Positions 27,361 through 36,553 of a DNA stretch of 64,000 bases are shown here, in pieces. The stretch covers positions 192,001 to 256,000 of the forward strand of contig CAVVYR010000004.1 in the NCBI GenBank assembly GCA_963752475.1. Reading direction: 5' to 3'. Every line of letters begins with the position of its first letter. The first letter of the stretch is position 1. The DNA is from an uncultured Chloroflexia bacterium. Its GTDB lineage: Bacteria; Chloroflexota; Limnocylindria; Limnocylindrales; CSP1-4. The translations under genes and the position numbers were made by a program. The notes beneath the pieces were generated by a model. The model was not told the origin of the DNA, ran no database searches, and saw only the letters and a list, made by a program, of their open reading frames with translations.

Positions 27361-28875
27361 GACGGCCCTCCCGTAGCAGACGCGCAGCAGCTCTTCTTCG
27401 CTGGCCTCGCCGTCGGCTCGAAGCGGCCGGCGATGCGACCCTCGTGCAGCACCAGGATGCGGTCACACAGGCCGATGAGCTCGACCAGCTCGGAGCTGAC
27501 CACGAGGACGGCGGTGCCCTCGGCCGCGAGCCGACGGATGAGCGCGTAGATCTGGGTCTTGGTGGTCATGTCCACGCCGCGCGTGGGCTCGTCGAGCAGC
27601 AGCACCCGCGGACGCCAGCGCCAGGAAGCGGGCGAGCACGACCTTCTGCTGGTTGCCACCCGAGAGCGTGAGCACCTCCTGCTCGAGCGAGCGGGCACGC
27701 ACATCGAGCTGGTCCCACAGCTCGCTGCGCGTGCTCGTGCTCGCGACGTGCGGCGAGGCCACGAAGCGCGCGCGACGTGCATGCTGGTCGATGACGTGGC
27801 GTTGAGGTTGCGCTCGACGCTGTCGGGGATGCAACGCCTGCGAGCGACGCTCGGGCGGCACCAGCACCACGCCCTGAGCCTGAGCGTGGCCGACGCTGCT
27901 GGGCTCGTAGGCCGACCCATCGAGTGTGAGCTCGCCAGTCTGCGCGCCGAGATGCCCCGGCCAGCGAGGCGCAGCAGCTCGCTGCGACCCGATCCGGCCA
28001 GACCGGCGACGCCCAGCACCTCGCCCGCCCGCAGCTCGAAGGACGCATCACGGATGCGGCGACCCCCGAGCTCGCGCACGCCCAGGCGTACCTCGCCCGA
28101 CTCGTTCTCGCCACTGCAGGGAAGACGGCGTCGATGGGTCGGCCGGCCATGGCTGCGATGACGCCCTCGACGCTGGTGTCGCGCAAGCTCGCCTTCGTCG
28201 ACCTTCTGGCCGTTGCGCAGGACGGTGAAGCGGTCGGCGATGCCGAAGACCTCCTCGAGCCGGTGCGAGACGTAGACGATGCCGATGCCCTTGGCCCTTG
28301 AGCCGCTCGACTGGCTCGCGAAGAGCTGAGATGGTCTCGGCATCGGTGAGCGCGGCCGTGGGCTCGTCGAGGATGAGCAGCTTCGACTCTTGCGACAGGG
28401 CGCGCGCCAGCGCCGTCATCGTCTTGCCCACCGGGGAGAGCCGATCGGCATCTTGGGTCACGTCGATGTCCTGGCCGAGCGTCTCGAAGAGCTCACGCGC
28501 CCGATCGTTGAGCTGCACGCCAGCGGACGACGCCGAGGCGCGAGGGCGTGGGCCGCCCCAGGAGCACGTTCTCGGCCACCGACAACCCGCCGACGGTCGA
28601 GAGCTCCTGGAAGAGCGTGGCCACACCGATGTGCATCGCCGCCTGCGGAGAGCCGAAGCGGAGCGCCTGCGCCGTCGATCGCGACGGAACCCTCGTCCGG
28701 CGATGACCACGCCCGAGACGATCTTGATGAGCGTCGACTTGCCCGCGCCGTTCTCGCCCAGCAGCGCGTGGACCTCGCCGGGTGCGACCTCCAGGTCGAC
28801 CGCATCGAGCACCCGCGCGTCACCGTAGGTCTTGGAGAGGCCCCGGACGTCGAGGACGGGAGCGGGAGCGGTCCC
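27357..28875 (-). CDS. Sugar ABC transporter ATP-binding protein with two ABC domains (RbsA-like; frameshifted, start codon not visible)
   Basis: [73 protein letters not shown]. Confidence 0.85.
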
Positions 28876-30231
28876 CTAGTTCCCGAGGGCGCGCAGCGGT
28901 GGCGGCACGTGGCCGCCGCGATCGACGACGCCGACGTTGGCGCGGTCCCGCACATCGATCACCGGGGCTCGACCGAGCAAGCCGCCCCAGTCGACCCAAT
29001 CGCCCGGCACGGCTCCCGGTACCGGGATCAACCGCGCAGCCGTGGTCTTGCTGTTGATGATGCCGATGGCGGCCTCGTCGGCGATGATGGCCGCGATCGT
29101 GTCAGCCGAGGTCGCGCCGGGCAGCGCGATCATGTCGAGCCCGACCGAGCAGACCGCGGTCATGGCTTCGAGCTTCTCGAGCACGAGGTGTCCGTCCGCC
29201 GCGGCGGAGGCGAAGTTGGCGTCCTCGCTGACAGGGATGAAGGCCCCCGAGAGCCCGCCGGCACGCGAGGTGGCCATGGCGCCACCCTTCTTGACCGCGT
29301 CGTTGAGCATGGCCAGCGCGACCGTGGAACCGGGGAGCCCCACGCGCTCGACGCCGATGATCTCGAGGATCTCCGCCACCGAGTCACCGGGTGTCGAGGT
29401 CGGGGCCAGCGAGATGTCCACGACCCCGAAGGCCACGCCCAGCCGGCGCGAGACCTCGCGGCCCACGTGCTCGCCGACGCGCGTGATCTTGAAGACGGTG
29501 CGCTTGACCTCCTCGGCCAGCTCCTGCAGCGGGGCCCCGGGTGGCAGCCGGCGGAGCGCGTTGGCCACCACACCCGGCCCGGAGATGCCGACCGAGATGG
29601 CCGCGTCACCCTCCCCGAAGCCATGGAAGGCGCCGGCCATGAAGGGGTTGTCGGGCACCGCGTTGGCGAAGACGACGAGCTTGGCGCAGCCGATGGCCGA
29701 TGCATCCGCGGTGCGGGCAGCGGTGTCCTTGATGACCTCGCCCATGAAGGCGACCGCGTCCATGTTGATGCCGGCGCCGGTGGTGGCCACGTTGACCGAG
29801 CCACAGACACGCCTCGTCTCCGCCAGCGCGGCCGGCAATGCCGCCATGACCTCTTCGTCGATGCGCGAGGTGTTCTTCTCCACCATCGCGCTGAAGCCAC
29901 CGATGAAGTCGACCCCGACGGTGGTGGCCGCCTCGTCGAGCGCGCGGGCCAGGTCCAGCAGCAGCTCCTGGTCCGGCCGATCGGCGACCCAGGCGACGGG
30001 CGTGACCGAGATGCGGCGGTTGACGATGGGGATGCCCGTCTCGGACGCCAGAGTGTCGGTGATGGGGATGAGATCGCCGGCCGTATCGGTGATGTGGCGG
30101 ACGACATCCTCGGGCGTCCGGCAGCCCCGCAGGTTGATGCCGAGCGTCACGGTGCGGATGTCGAGATGGTCACGACCGACCATCCCCACCGACTCGAGGA
30201 TCTCATCCATGCCCAGGGGGCCACGGGCCAT
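28876..30231 (-). CDS. DUF711/UPF0210 (PFL-like fold) protein
   Basis: LDIRTVTLGINL, GIPIVNRRISVTP, DFIGGFSA, GINMDAV, CAKLVVFANA.PDNPFMAGAFHG, LSGAFIPVSED, KLEAMTAVCSVGLDM. Confidence 0.93.
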   Translation of the reverse strand: MARGPLGMDEILESVGMVGRDHLDIRTVTLGINLRGCRTPEDVVRHITDTAGDLIPITDTLASETGIPIVNRRISVTPVAWVADRPDQELLLDLARALDEAATTVGVDFIGGFSAMVEKNTSRIDEEVMAALPAALAETRRVCGSVNVATTGAGINMDAVAFMGEVIKDTAARTADASAIGCAKLVVFANAVPDNPFMAGAFHGFGEGDAAISVGISGPGVVANALRRLPPGAPLQELAEEVKRTVFKITRVGEHVGREVSRRLGVAFGVVDISLAPTSTPGDSVAEILEIIGVERVGLPGSTVALAMLNDAVKKGGAMATSRAGGLSGAFIPVSEDANFASAAADGHLVLEKLEAMTAVCSVGLDMIALPGATSADTIAAIIADEAAIGIINSKTTAARLIPVPGAVPGDWVDWGGLLGRAPVIDVRDRANVGVVDRGGHVPPPLRALGN

Positions 30232-30252
30232 CGCTGCTGCTCCTCTGCGCCG

Positions 30253-30684
30253 CTAGATGCGGTGCATGGCCTCGTACACGGAGTAGAGGCGCACGCTGAT
30301 CTCCATGCCCAACTCCTTGCCCACGCGCTCGAGGCCGGCCACCAGGGCGTCGTAGCCGTCGGTACCGGTAAGGTCGACGACCAGCACCATCACGAACACG
30401 CCCGCAAGGATCGTCTGCGAGAGGTCGGTCACGTTGCCGTGCTGACGGGCGACCTCGCTCGCGACGGTGGCGATGATGCCCGGCTTGTCGATGCCCTGGA
30501 CGGTGATGACGACCAGGTTCTCGGCCGCTGCCGCCGCGGCGGCGCGCGACTCCTCGCCCCCGAAGCTCACGCGGTTGCGGCGCAGGTACTCGAGCGCCGA
30601 GGGTGCCAGGGTCCACCCTTCCTCGACATCGAGCACGCCGTCCTTGACGTAGGCGGCGACGTTCTCGGAGGTGATGGTGCGCAT
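30253..30684 (-). CDS. ACT domain protein (UPF0237-like) with an extra N-terminal module
   Basis: VVITVQGIDKPGIIATVA...GNVTDLSQTILAGVFVM...VYEAMHRI; canonical neighbour of DUF711. Confidence 0.88.
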   Translation of the reverse strand: MRTITSENVAAYVKDGVLDVEEGWTLAPSALEYLRRNRVSFGGEESRAAAAAAAENLVVITVQGIDKPGIIATVASEVARQHGNVTDLSQTILAGVFVMVLVVDLTGTDGYDALVAGLERVGKELGMEISVRLYSVYEAMHRI

Positions 30685-30743
30685 GTGGCAACTGTGACAT
30701 GCCCGTGGCCACGCCGCGACTCGCCTTCGGTCACCATAGGGGC

Positions 30744-31358
30744 ATGAGCGTTTTCGATGACAAGGCTGCCGAGTGGGACTCGCCAGAGCACCTCGAGCGG
30801 GCCCGAGACCTGGCCGAAAGCATCCGCCGACACATCCCGCTGACCGCGGGCATGCACGCGATCGACATCGGGGCCGGTACCGGGTCGCTCGGCCTGGAGC
30901 TGCTGGCCGACATCGACTCGGTCGTCCTGAGCGACCCGTCCGAGGGGATGATCGACGTGGCCCGCACGAAGATCGAGGCCGAGGGCATCGTGGACGCCCA
31001 GGCCATCGTCCTCGACTTCCCGTCCGATGAGCTGCCGCCGGGCGCACCCTTCGACCTGGCGGTCTCGATGATGGCACTACACCACGTCGAGGACACCGAG
31101 GCCACGCTGCGCTCGATCGATGCGGCACTGGCACCCGGTGGCTGGATCGGCCTCATCGACCTCGACAAGGAGGACGGCTCCTTCCACGACCCCGATCAGC
31201 CGGGCATCCACCACCACGGCTTCGACAGCGCCACGCTCATCGCGGCGGCCACGGCGGTGGGCTTCGTGGATGCGCGGACGCGCATCGTGTCGGCGGTCAC
31301 GCGGGAGGACGGGCGCAGCTATCCGTTGTTCCTGCTGACGGCGCGCAAGCCGGAGTAG
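30744..31358 (+). CDS. Class I SAM-dependent methyltransferase
   Basis: MSVFDDKAAEWD, AIDIGAGTG, FDLAVSMMALHHV, DLDKEDGSFH..HHGF. Confidence 0.9.
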   Translation: MSVFDDKAAEWDSPEHLERARDLAESIRRHIPLTAGMHAIDIGAGTGSLGLELLADIDSVVLSDPSEGMIDVARTKIEAEGIVDAQAIVLDFPSDELPPGAPFDLAVSMMALHHVEDTEATLRSIDAALAPGGWIGLIDLDKEDGSFHDPDQPGIHHHGFDSATLIAAATAVGFVDARTRIVSAVTREDGRSYPLFLLTARKPE

Positions 31359-31361
31359 CGG

Positions 31362-32342
31362 CTACTCCACCCCGCTGATCGCGACCTTGCCGCCGGGGCT
31401 ACCGGTCTCGACAAGGTCGACCGCGAAGCCAGCCTCCTCGAAGGGCACGGTGGTGTCGATGACCGGCCGGAGCTCCCCGGCCTCGACCATCTCGCGGATC
31501 GCATCGAGGGTCGGAGTGTCCTCGCGCGTATTCACCAAGGTCAGCTTCTGGCTCACGAAGCGGTTCATGGCCACCGCGAGGATCATGTTGAGCCCGGGCC
31601 CCAGGAAGCGATCCCCATCTCCGGCACATTGGACCAGCGTGCCGTCATCGGCCAGCACTCGGCGGATGGCTCGCGGGCCCTCAGTACCTCCAAGCTGGAA
31701 AACGAGGTCCCAGCGCCCGTCGCCCCGCGTGTAGTCGTCTCGTGTGTAGTCGATGACCTCGTCCCCGCCGAGCGAACGCACGAGCTCGACGTTGCGCGTG
31801 CTGCAGACCCCCGTCACGTGCGCGCCCCAGGCCTTCGCCATCTGGACCGCGAGCGTGCCGACGCCGCCGGACGCACCCACGATGAGCACACGTTGTCCAG
31901 CCTCGATAGTGCCTTCGTCCCTGAGCCCCTGCCAGGCCGTGGCGGCTGCGAGCGGCAGGGACGCGGCCTCCTCCCAGCTCAGGCCGGCCGGCCTTCGCGC
32001 CAGCCTGCCGTGGGGCACCGCGAGGTACTCCGCGAACGCGCCATGCTGGAAGCCGTAGACCTCGTCTCCGACCACGAAGTCATCGACATCACCGTCGCCC
32101 AAGGCCTCCACGACCCCGGCGAAGTCACCGCCGGGCACCGGGTGCTTGGGGGCACGCAGGCCACCCGGACCCAGGCGTATGAAGTAGGGATGACCCTTGA
32201 TGAAGTGCCAGTCGTAGGGATTGGCCGAGCTGGCCTTCACACGCACGAGGAGCTGCCCTTCCCCGGGCGTCGGCTTTTCGACCTCTTCGAGCTGCAGCAC
32301 CTCGCTGGCGCTGCCGAACCGGTGATGGACCATCGCCCGCAT
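31362..32342 (-). CDS. NAD(P)-dependent alcohol dehydrogenase/quinone oxidoreductase (MDR family)
   Basis: VKASSANPYD, PGGDFAGVV, GAFAEY, VLIVGASGGVG, VTGVCST, LRPVID. Confidence 0.9.
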   Translation of the reverse strand: MRAMVHHRFGSASEVLQLEEVEKPTPGEGQLLVRVKASSANPYDWHFIKGHPYFIRLGPGGLRAPKHPVPGGDFAGVVEALGDGDVDDFVVGDEVYGFQHGAFAEYLAVPHGRLARRPAGLSWEEAASLPLAAATAWQGLRDEGTIEAGQRVLIVGASGGVGTLAVQMAKAWGAHVTGVCSTRNVELVRSLGGDEVIDYTRDDYTRGDGRWDLVFQLGGTEGPRAIRRVLADDGTLVQCAGDGDRFLGPGLNMILAVAMNRFVSQKLTLVNTREDTPTLDAIREMVEAGELRPVIDTTVPFEEAGFAVDLVETGSPGGKVAISGVE

Positions 32343-32439
32343 CGGCAGGATCCTCCGTTAGCTGTGGCCTTACGTCGTAAGTCTAGAAATCTACACCGCT
32401 AGGCCGACTCGGGTCAAGCCACCTCGCTAGGCTCAGGCG

Positions 32440-33805
32440 GTGACCCCACCGTCCGCCTCCCCTGTCCCGGCGCGCGTGCTGCTGGCCCTGCCAGAGTTCC
32501 GCTCGCTGCTCGGAGCACGGGCACTGGCGGCGTTGGGCATGTCCGCCATCGCCACGGTCGTTGCGTTCCAAACGTGGGAGGTGACGGGCGACCCGCTCTC
32601 GCTCGGCCTCCTCGGGCTTGTACAAGCTATCCCGGCCCTCGGCCTGATGCTCTTCGGCGGCCATGTAGCGGACCGGCGCGACCGGCGCTCGATCATCCTC
32701 GTCACCGGCTCGATGCTGGCGCTCGGTGCGCTGGTATTGGCGCTCATCTCCACCACCGGGGCTGGAGCGTCGTTCGCGGGCATCCTCACGGTCGTCTTCA
32801 CCATCGGCGTCGCGGCGGGCTTCGAGCGACCGGCGCTGGTGGCCTTCGAGACGCAGGTCATCCCCATCGAGCACGCGACCCGTGGCGCTTCGCTCAGTGG
32901 TGGGGCCTGGACTGCCGCCGCCATCATCGGCCCGGCCTTCGGCGGGATCTCGATCGCCTTCCTGGGCATCCCGGCCACGTACCTGCTCATCGCGGTCGCG
33001 CTGGGCCTGTCGGTCCTGCTGGTGTCCCGCATCTCGCGCAAGCCGATGCCCGAGGCCGAGGTGTACGAAGGCGTGGTCAAGAGCCTCGCGGGTGGCGTGA
33101 AGTACGTGGCCCGGCACCAGGTGCTGCTGTCGGCCATGGCGCTCGACCTCTTCGCCGTCTTCTTCGGCGGCGCGATGGCGATGTTGCCGATCTACGCCAC
33201 CGACATCCTGGGCGTGGGCCCGGTCGGTCTGGGCGCCCTGCGCACGATGCCCTCCGCCGGTGCCCTGATGGCGATGCTCGCGGCAGGTCGCTGGCAACCG
33301 CGCAAGAACGCCGGTCGCATCCTGCTCGTGTGCGTGGCGCTCTTCGGCGTGGCCATGATCGTCTTCGGCCTGTCCACGGACTTCTGGCTCTCGATGGTCG
33401 CGCTCTTCGCGGCCGGACTGGTCGATGGTGTCTCGATGGTCATCCGCCTCGTCATCCTGCGCGTCGAATCGCCTGAGGCGTTGCGTGGGCGGATCGCCTC
33501 CGTCAACCACGTATTCATCGGCGCCTCCAACGAACTGGGAGCCTTCGAGAGCGGCGTGGCGGCCTCGATAATGGGCGTCGTGCCCAGCGTCGTCTTCGGG
33601 GGCATCGTGACCCTCGTGGTCGTCAGCGGTGTAGCGGTCTTCGCGCCACAGCTGCGCAGAGCTCGACCTCGGCGAGCGGCTGATCGAGGGCCCGGGTGTC
33701 CAGCCCATGGCCACGGCAGCAGCTGGTGCCTCCAACATCGCTGCCGCGGAAGTCGACCCTGGGCTCGAGCCGGCGGGCGAACGGACCGAGCGACGGGACG
33801 AGTGA
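32440..33805 (+). CDS. MFS transporter (DHA3/EntS-like; frameshift at ~33660)
   Basis: GHVADRRDRR, LDLFAVFFGGA.AMLPIYA.DIL, LRGRIASVN.VFIGASNELGAFESG. C-terminus continues LDLGERLIEG...RRDE* in the shifted frame. Confidence 0.88.
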
Positions 33806-33851
33806 CGTCTGGCTCTGGCATCAGCGCGTGTCTTGCCCGAGCCTGCACGGC

Positions 33852-34367
33852 ATGACCCGACCGACTTCTCGCATCGAGCTGCTCGAGCGTTCGGCGACCG
33901 AGTTCGAAGCGCTGCTCGACGCGGTCGAGGCCCTCGAGCCCCGGCTGCGAACCGGTCCGTCCGACTATCCGCGTGGCTCGGTCAAGGACATGCTCGCCCA
34001 TCTCGATGCGTGGCACCGGATGCTCCTCCAGTGGGAGCGGATCGGGCGCACCGGCGAGATCGCGCAGATGCCGGCGCCGGGCTTCACCTGGAAGACCACG
34101 CCCGAGCTGAACATGAGGATCCACGAGCGCCACATCGACGACTCGTGGGAGGACGTGGTGGTGAGCTTGCGCGAGTCGCATGCGCAGGTTCGGGCGGTCA
34201 TCGCGAGCTACGGCGATGACGAGCTGTTCGAGAAGAAGCGCTATCGCTGGACGGGCTCGACCTCGGTCGGCAGCTACGCGGTCTCGGCCACCACGAGCCA
34301 CTACGACTGGGCCATGAAGCACCTGAAGCGTTCGCTGAAGGCGTGGGCAGCTGGAGCTGCGAGCTAG
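33852..34367 (+). CDS. ClbS/DfsB family four-helix bundle protein (DUF1706, DinB superfamily)
   Basis: SVKDMLAHLDAWH, PAPGFTWK, ELFEKKRYRWTG, SATTSHYDWA. Confidence 0.88.
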   Translation: MTRPTSRIELLERSATEFEALLDAVEALEPRLRTGPSDYPRGSVKDMLAHLDAWHRMLLQWERIGRTGEIAQMPAPGFTWKTTPELNMRIHERHIDDSWEDVVVSLRESHAQVRAVIASYGDDELFEKKRYRWTGSTSVGSYAVSATTSHYDWAMKHLKRSLKAWAAGAAS

Positions 34368-34524
34368 GCAGCTGAGTCCCGAACGGTCAAACCCGCCCGG
34401 AGGGTCACTGAGCGAAGCACTGCTTTCTCGCCTGATCACCCGAAGGGGCGAGTCGAAACGTGAAGCCACGCCCCTTCTCGGGCCAGCACTTCTCCCGGTG
34501 ACCCGCCACGCGGGCAGCGGCTGA

Positions 34525-35187
34525 CTAGGCTTCGTCCTCCATGTCCTCGTCCTCGGACATGTCGTCGTCACTCATGTCGTCCGACATCTCGTCGTCCATG
34601 TCGTCGCTCATGGAGTCGTCGTCCATGGCCATGTCGTCGCCACTCATCTCGTCGTCCATGGCCATGCCGTCGTGCATGCCCATTTCGCCGGTCTGGAGCA
34701 CAGTGACCTGCACGTCGGTCGTGCCATCGCCGTTGTCGGTCAGCCAGGCGATGCCGGCGTAGCCGGAGGCATCGACCGGGCTGATGCCCACGAGGAAGCT
34801 GCCGTCGACGTCATGGCCGCCGATCGAGCCGCAGGCGAGGATGGTGCCCAGATCGTCGGCGCTCTGGTGGACCATGATCGAGTGGTCCGCGGCAAGGATG
34901 TCGGTCAGCGCTAGGTCGACCGTCGAGAGGCCGATGTCGACGTGCGTGTGGGACTCCGCGCCCGCGGCCTCGTTGCCGACCACGCCGACGTCTGAGAGGC
35001 CCACGACCACGTCGCCGGGCATCGAGCAATCGCCTGCGTGGATGTGTGAGGGGTGGGGCTCCATCGAGCCCATCATCATGTCGTCGCCCGACATCTCGTC
35101 GGACGTGTCCTCCTGTGCCAGCGCGCTCGCGGGGGCCAGCGCCAGGGCCAGCATCGCGGCAGCGCCGATAGCCGTTGTTCGTCGCAT
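34525..35187 (-). CDS. Secreted HPxHIH-motif protein with Met/Asp-rich segments
   Basis: Signal peptide; HPSHIHAGDCSMPG, HSIMVHQS...ACGSIGG; tail GMHDGMAMDDEMSGDDMAMDDDSMSDDMDDEM. Confidence 0.8.
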   Translation of the reverse strand: MRRTTAIGAAAMLALALAPASALAQEDTSDEMSGDDMMMGSMEPHPSHIHAGDCSMPGDVVVGLSDVGVVGNEAAGAESHTHVDIGLSTVDLALTDILAADHSIMVHQSADDLGTILACGSIGGHDVDGSFLVGISPVDASGYAGIAWLTDNGDGTTDVQVTVLQTGEMGMHDGMAMDDEMSGDDMAMDDDSMSDDMDDEMSDDMSDDDMSEDEDMEDEA

Positions 35188-35311
35188 GGATCCTTCTCCT
35201 CTGCCTGTGGCAGCCGCTGGATGCGACCGCACGCCGGCGAGGATGGGCAACCCCCGTGACACGGCAACGAAGGTTGCGTGACGGCTCGATGACCGTTCCG
35301 TGACGCGCCCG

Positions 35312-35600
35312 CTATCCCCGTTGTGGGCGAGTGCGCCTGCCGTTGAGCATGGTGCCGATGAAGGTGTAGCGCACGACCAGCTGGTAGAGGATGAGCAGGA
35401 TCACGCACGTCGTGAGCACGATGAGCCCGAACTTCAGCACGGCCGGCAGGTCCCAGGTCCGCACCCACGCCTGCAGCGCGATGACCAACGTCAGGTGCGT
35501 CAAGTACATCCAGTAGGCGGAGTCGGAGAGGTAGCGGACCCAGTAGCGCTCGCGCGAGAGGAACGCGCGGAAGAGGCCCAGCCGCCCGCGAGCCCATGAC
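35312..35600 (-). pseudogene. C-terminal remnant of an OpgC/MdoC-like acyltransferase-3 gene
   Basis: GLFRAF...VRYLSDSAYWMYLTHL...YQLVVRYTFIGTMLNGRR; no N-terminal ~280 aa upstream. Confidence 0.7.
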
Positions 35601-35757
35601 ACTAGGCCGGAGCGGCGGCAACGCGACGGGCCGTTGGTCACCACTCATCGACGAGATAGCTCCTGGCGTGGCGGGTACGCGAAGCAGCGACGCGTTGGTC
35701 GGGCCGGGCCGGGCCGCGATGGGCACCTGATGCGAGAGCCAGCCATACCCAGCGGCC

Positions 35758-35800
35758 GGAAACGAAACGACCCCCTGCCCGTCTGGCGGGAGGGGGTCGT
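35758..35800 (-). terminator. Intrinsic terminator for the DUF6325 operon
   Basis: Stem ACGACCCCCT(35767-35776)/AGGGGGTCGT(35791-35800), followed by TTCGTTTCC on the minus strand. Confidence 0.7.
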
Positions 35801-35832
35801 ACCGAGGTGGTGATGCTTCGCGGCGGTCTGCG

Positions 35833-35991
35833 CTAGACGCGGCGGCGACGGCGACCCGGTGAGGTGACGACGGCGGCCTTGGCTACCGGCTTCGGACCTG
35901 GCGAGGCGACGACCGCTGCCTTGGCCACCGGCGAGGGGCCAGGCTTGGCGACGACCGCTGCCTTGGCGGCCCGGGAGTGTCTCATCGGCAT
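35833..35991 (-). CDS. 52-aa basic repeat peptide (absent from ORF track)
   Basis: AAGGAG RBS; MPMRHSRAAKAAVVAKPGPSPVAKAAVVASPGPKPVAKAAVVTSPGRRRRRV*; starts 1 nt after the DUF6325 stop. Confidence 0.75.
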   Translation of the reverse strand: MPMRHSRAAKAAVVAKPGPSPVAKAAVVASPGPKPVAKAAVVTSPGRRRRRV

Positions 35992-35992
35992 A

Positions 35993-36451
35993 TCAGACTC
36001 CTTCGGTTTCGGCCGCTTCGTCCGCCTCGATGGCGGCGATGAGGGCCTGGGTGGGGATGCGTCCGTCAGCTACTAGTTGGCCACCGGCGTGACGGATGGC
36101 TGAGGCAAAGGGTGCGGCCCACAGGTTCTCGTAGACGACGATCCCGGCCACGCTGTCAGGCGTCATGGCCTCTGCGAGAGTGACGACGTCGTCGGCCGCC
36201 AGCGTCTCGGCCAGATCGGCCTCGATCCGCATCAGGTCGTCCGCGTCGGACATGTCCTCGAGCTCGATGGCGTCGAGGGAACCGTCTTCATTCTTGACCA
36301 GAACGAGCAGGTCCATGAGGCGGATGGTGCCGGCGTCATGGAGCTTGAGCAGCTCGGCTAGGCCCTCCCCGGTGAAGTTGGTCTGGCCCGCGGGAAACTC
36401 CACGACGAGGTAGTCGATGGGACCCATTTCATCTAGTGGTCTCTCGGTCAT
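35993..36451 (-). CDS. DUF6325 (DUF1269-like) family protein
   Basis: GGAGG RBS; MGPIDYLVVEFP, GTIRLMDLLVLVK, VYENLWAAPFASAIR.AGGQLVADGRIP. Confidence 0.85.
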   Translation of the reverse strand: MTERPLDEMGPIDYLVVEFPAGQTNFTGEGLAELLKLHDAGTIRLMDLLVLVKNEDGSLDAIELEDMSDADDLMRIEADLAETLAADDVVTLAEAMTPDSVAGIVVYENLWAAPFASAIRHAGGQLVADGRIPTQALIAAIEADEAAETEGV

Positions 36452-36553
36452 GATCCTCCGATCGGTTGCGTCTGTTGAGTCGGTCACAAGCGTACTCTGC
36501 CGCGGCCTCGACTCATCGTCCGAAACGAGTGAAATGGTGGGTGCTGCAGCCCT

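Noticed and set aside
22680-28875. Pseudogenised sugar-uptake cluster or programmed frameshifting
   Set aside because: Indels are dense and random, also hit essential asnS, and increase towards the corrupted block. Sequencing error is the simpler explanation.
28812-28878. Stop-codon readthrough fusing DUF711 to the ABC ATPase (same frame, TAG GGG ACC, no start codon)
   Set aside because: Lies in an error-rich zone; one miscall (GTG read as GGG) explains it.
34384-34465. c-di-GMP-I riboswitch or hammerhead ribozyme (GGTCAAACCC; CTGATCA...CGAAAC)
   Set aside because: Core consensus is not met (no GAAA-capped P2 with GCAAAGC; CUGAUCA rather than CUGANGA), and the site is between convergent genes.
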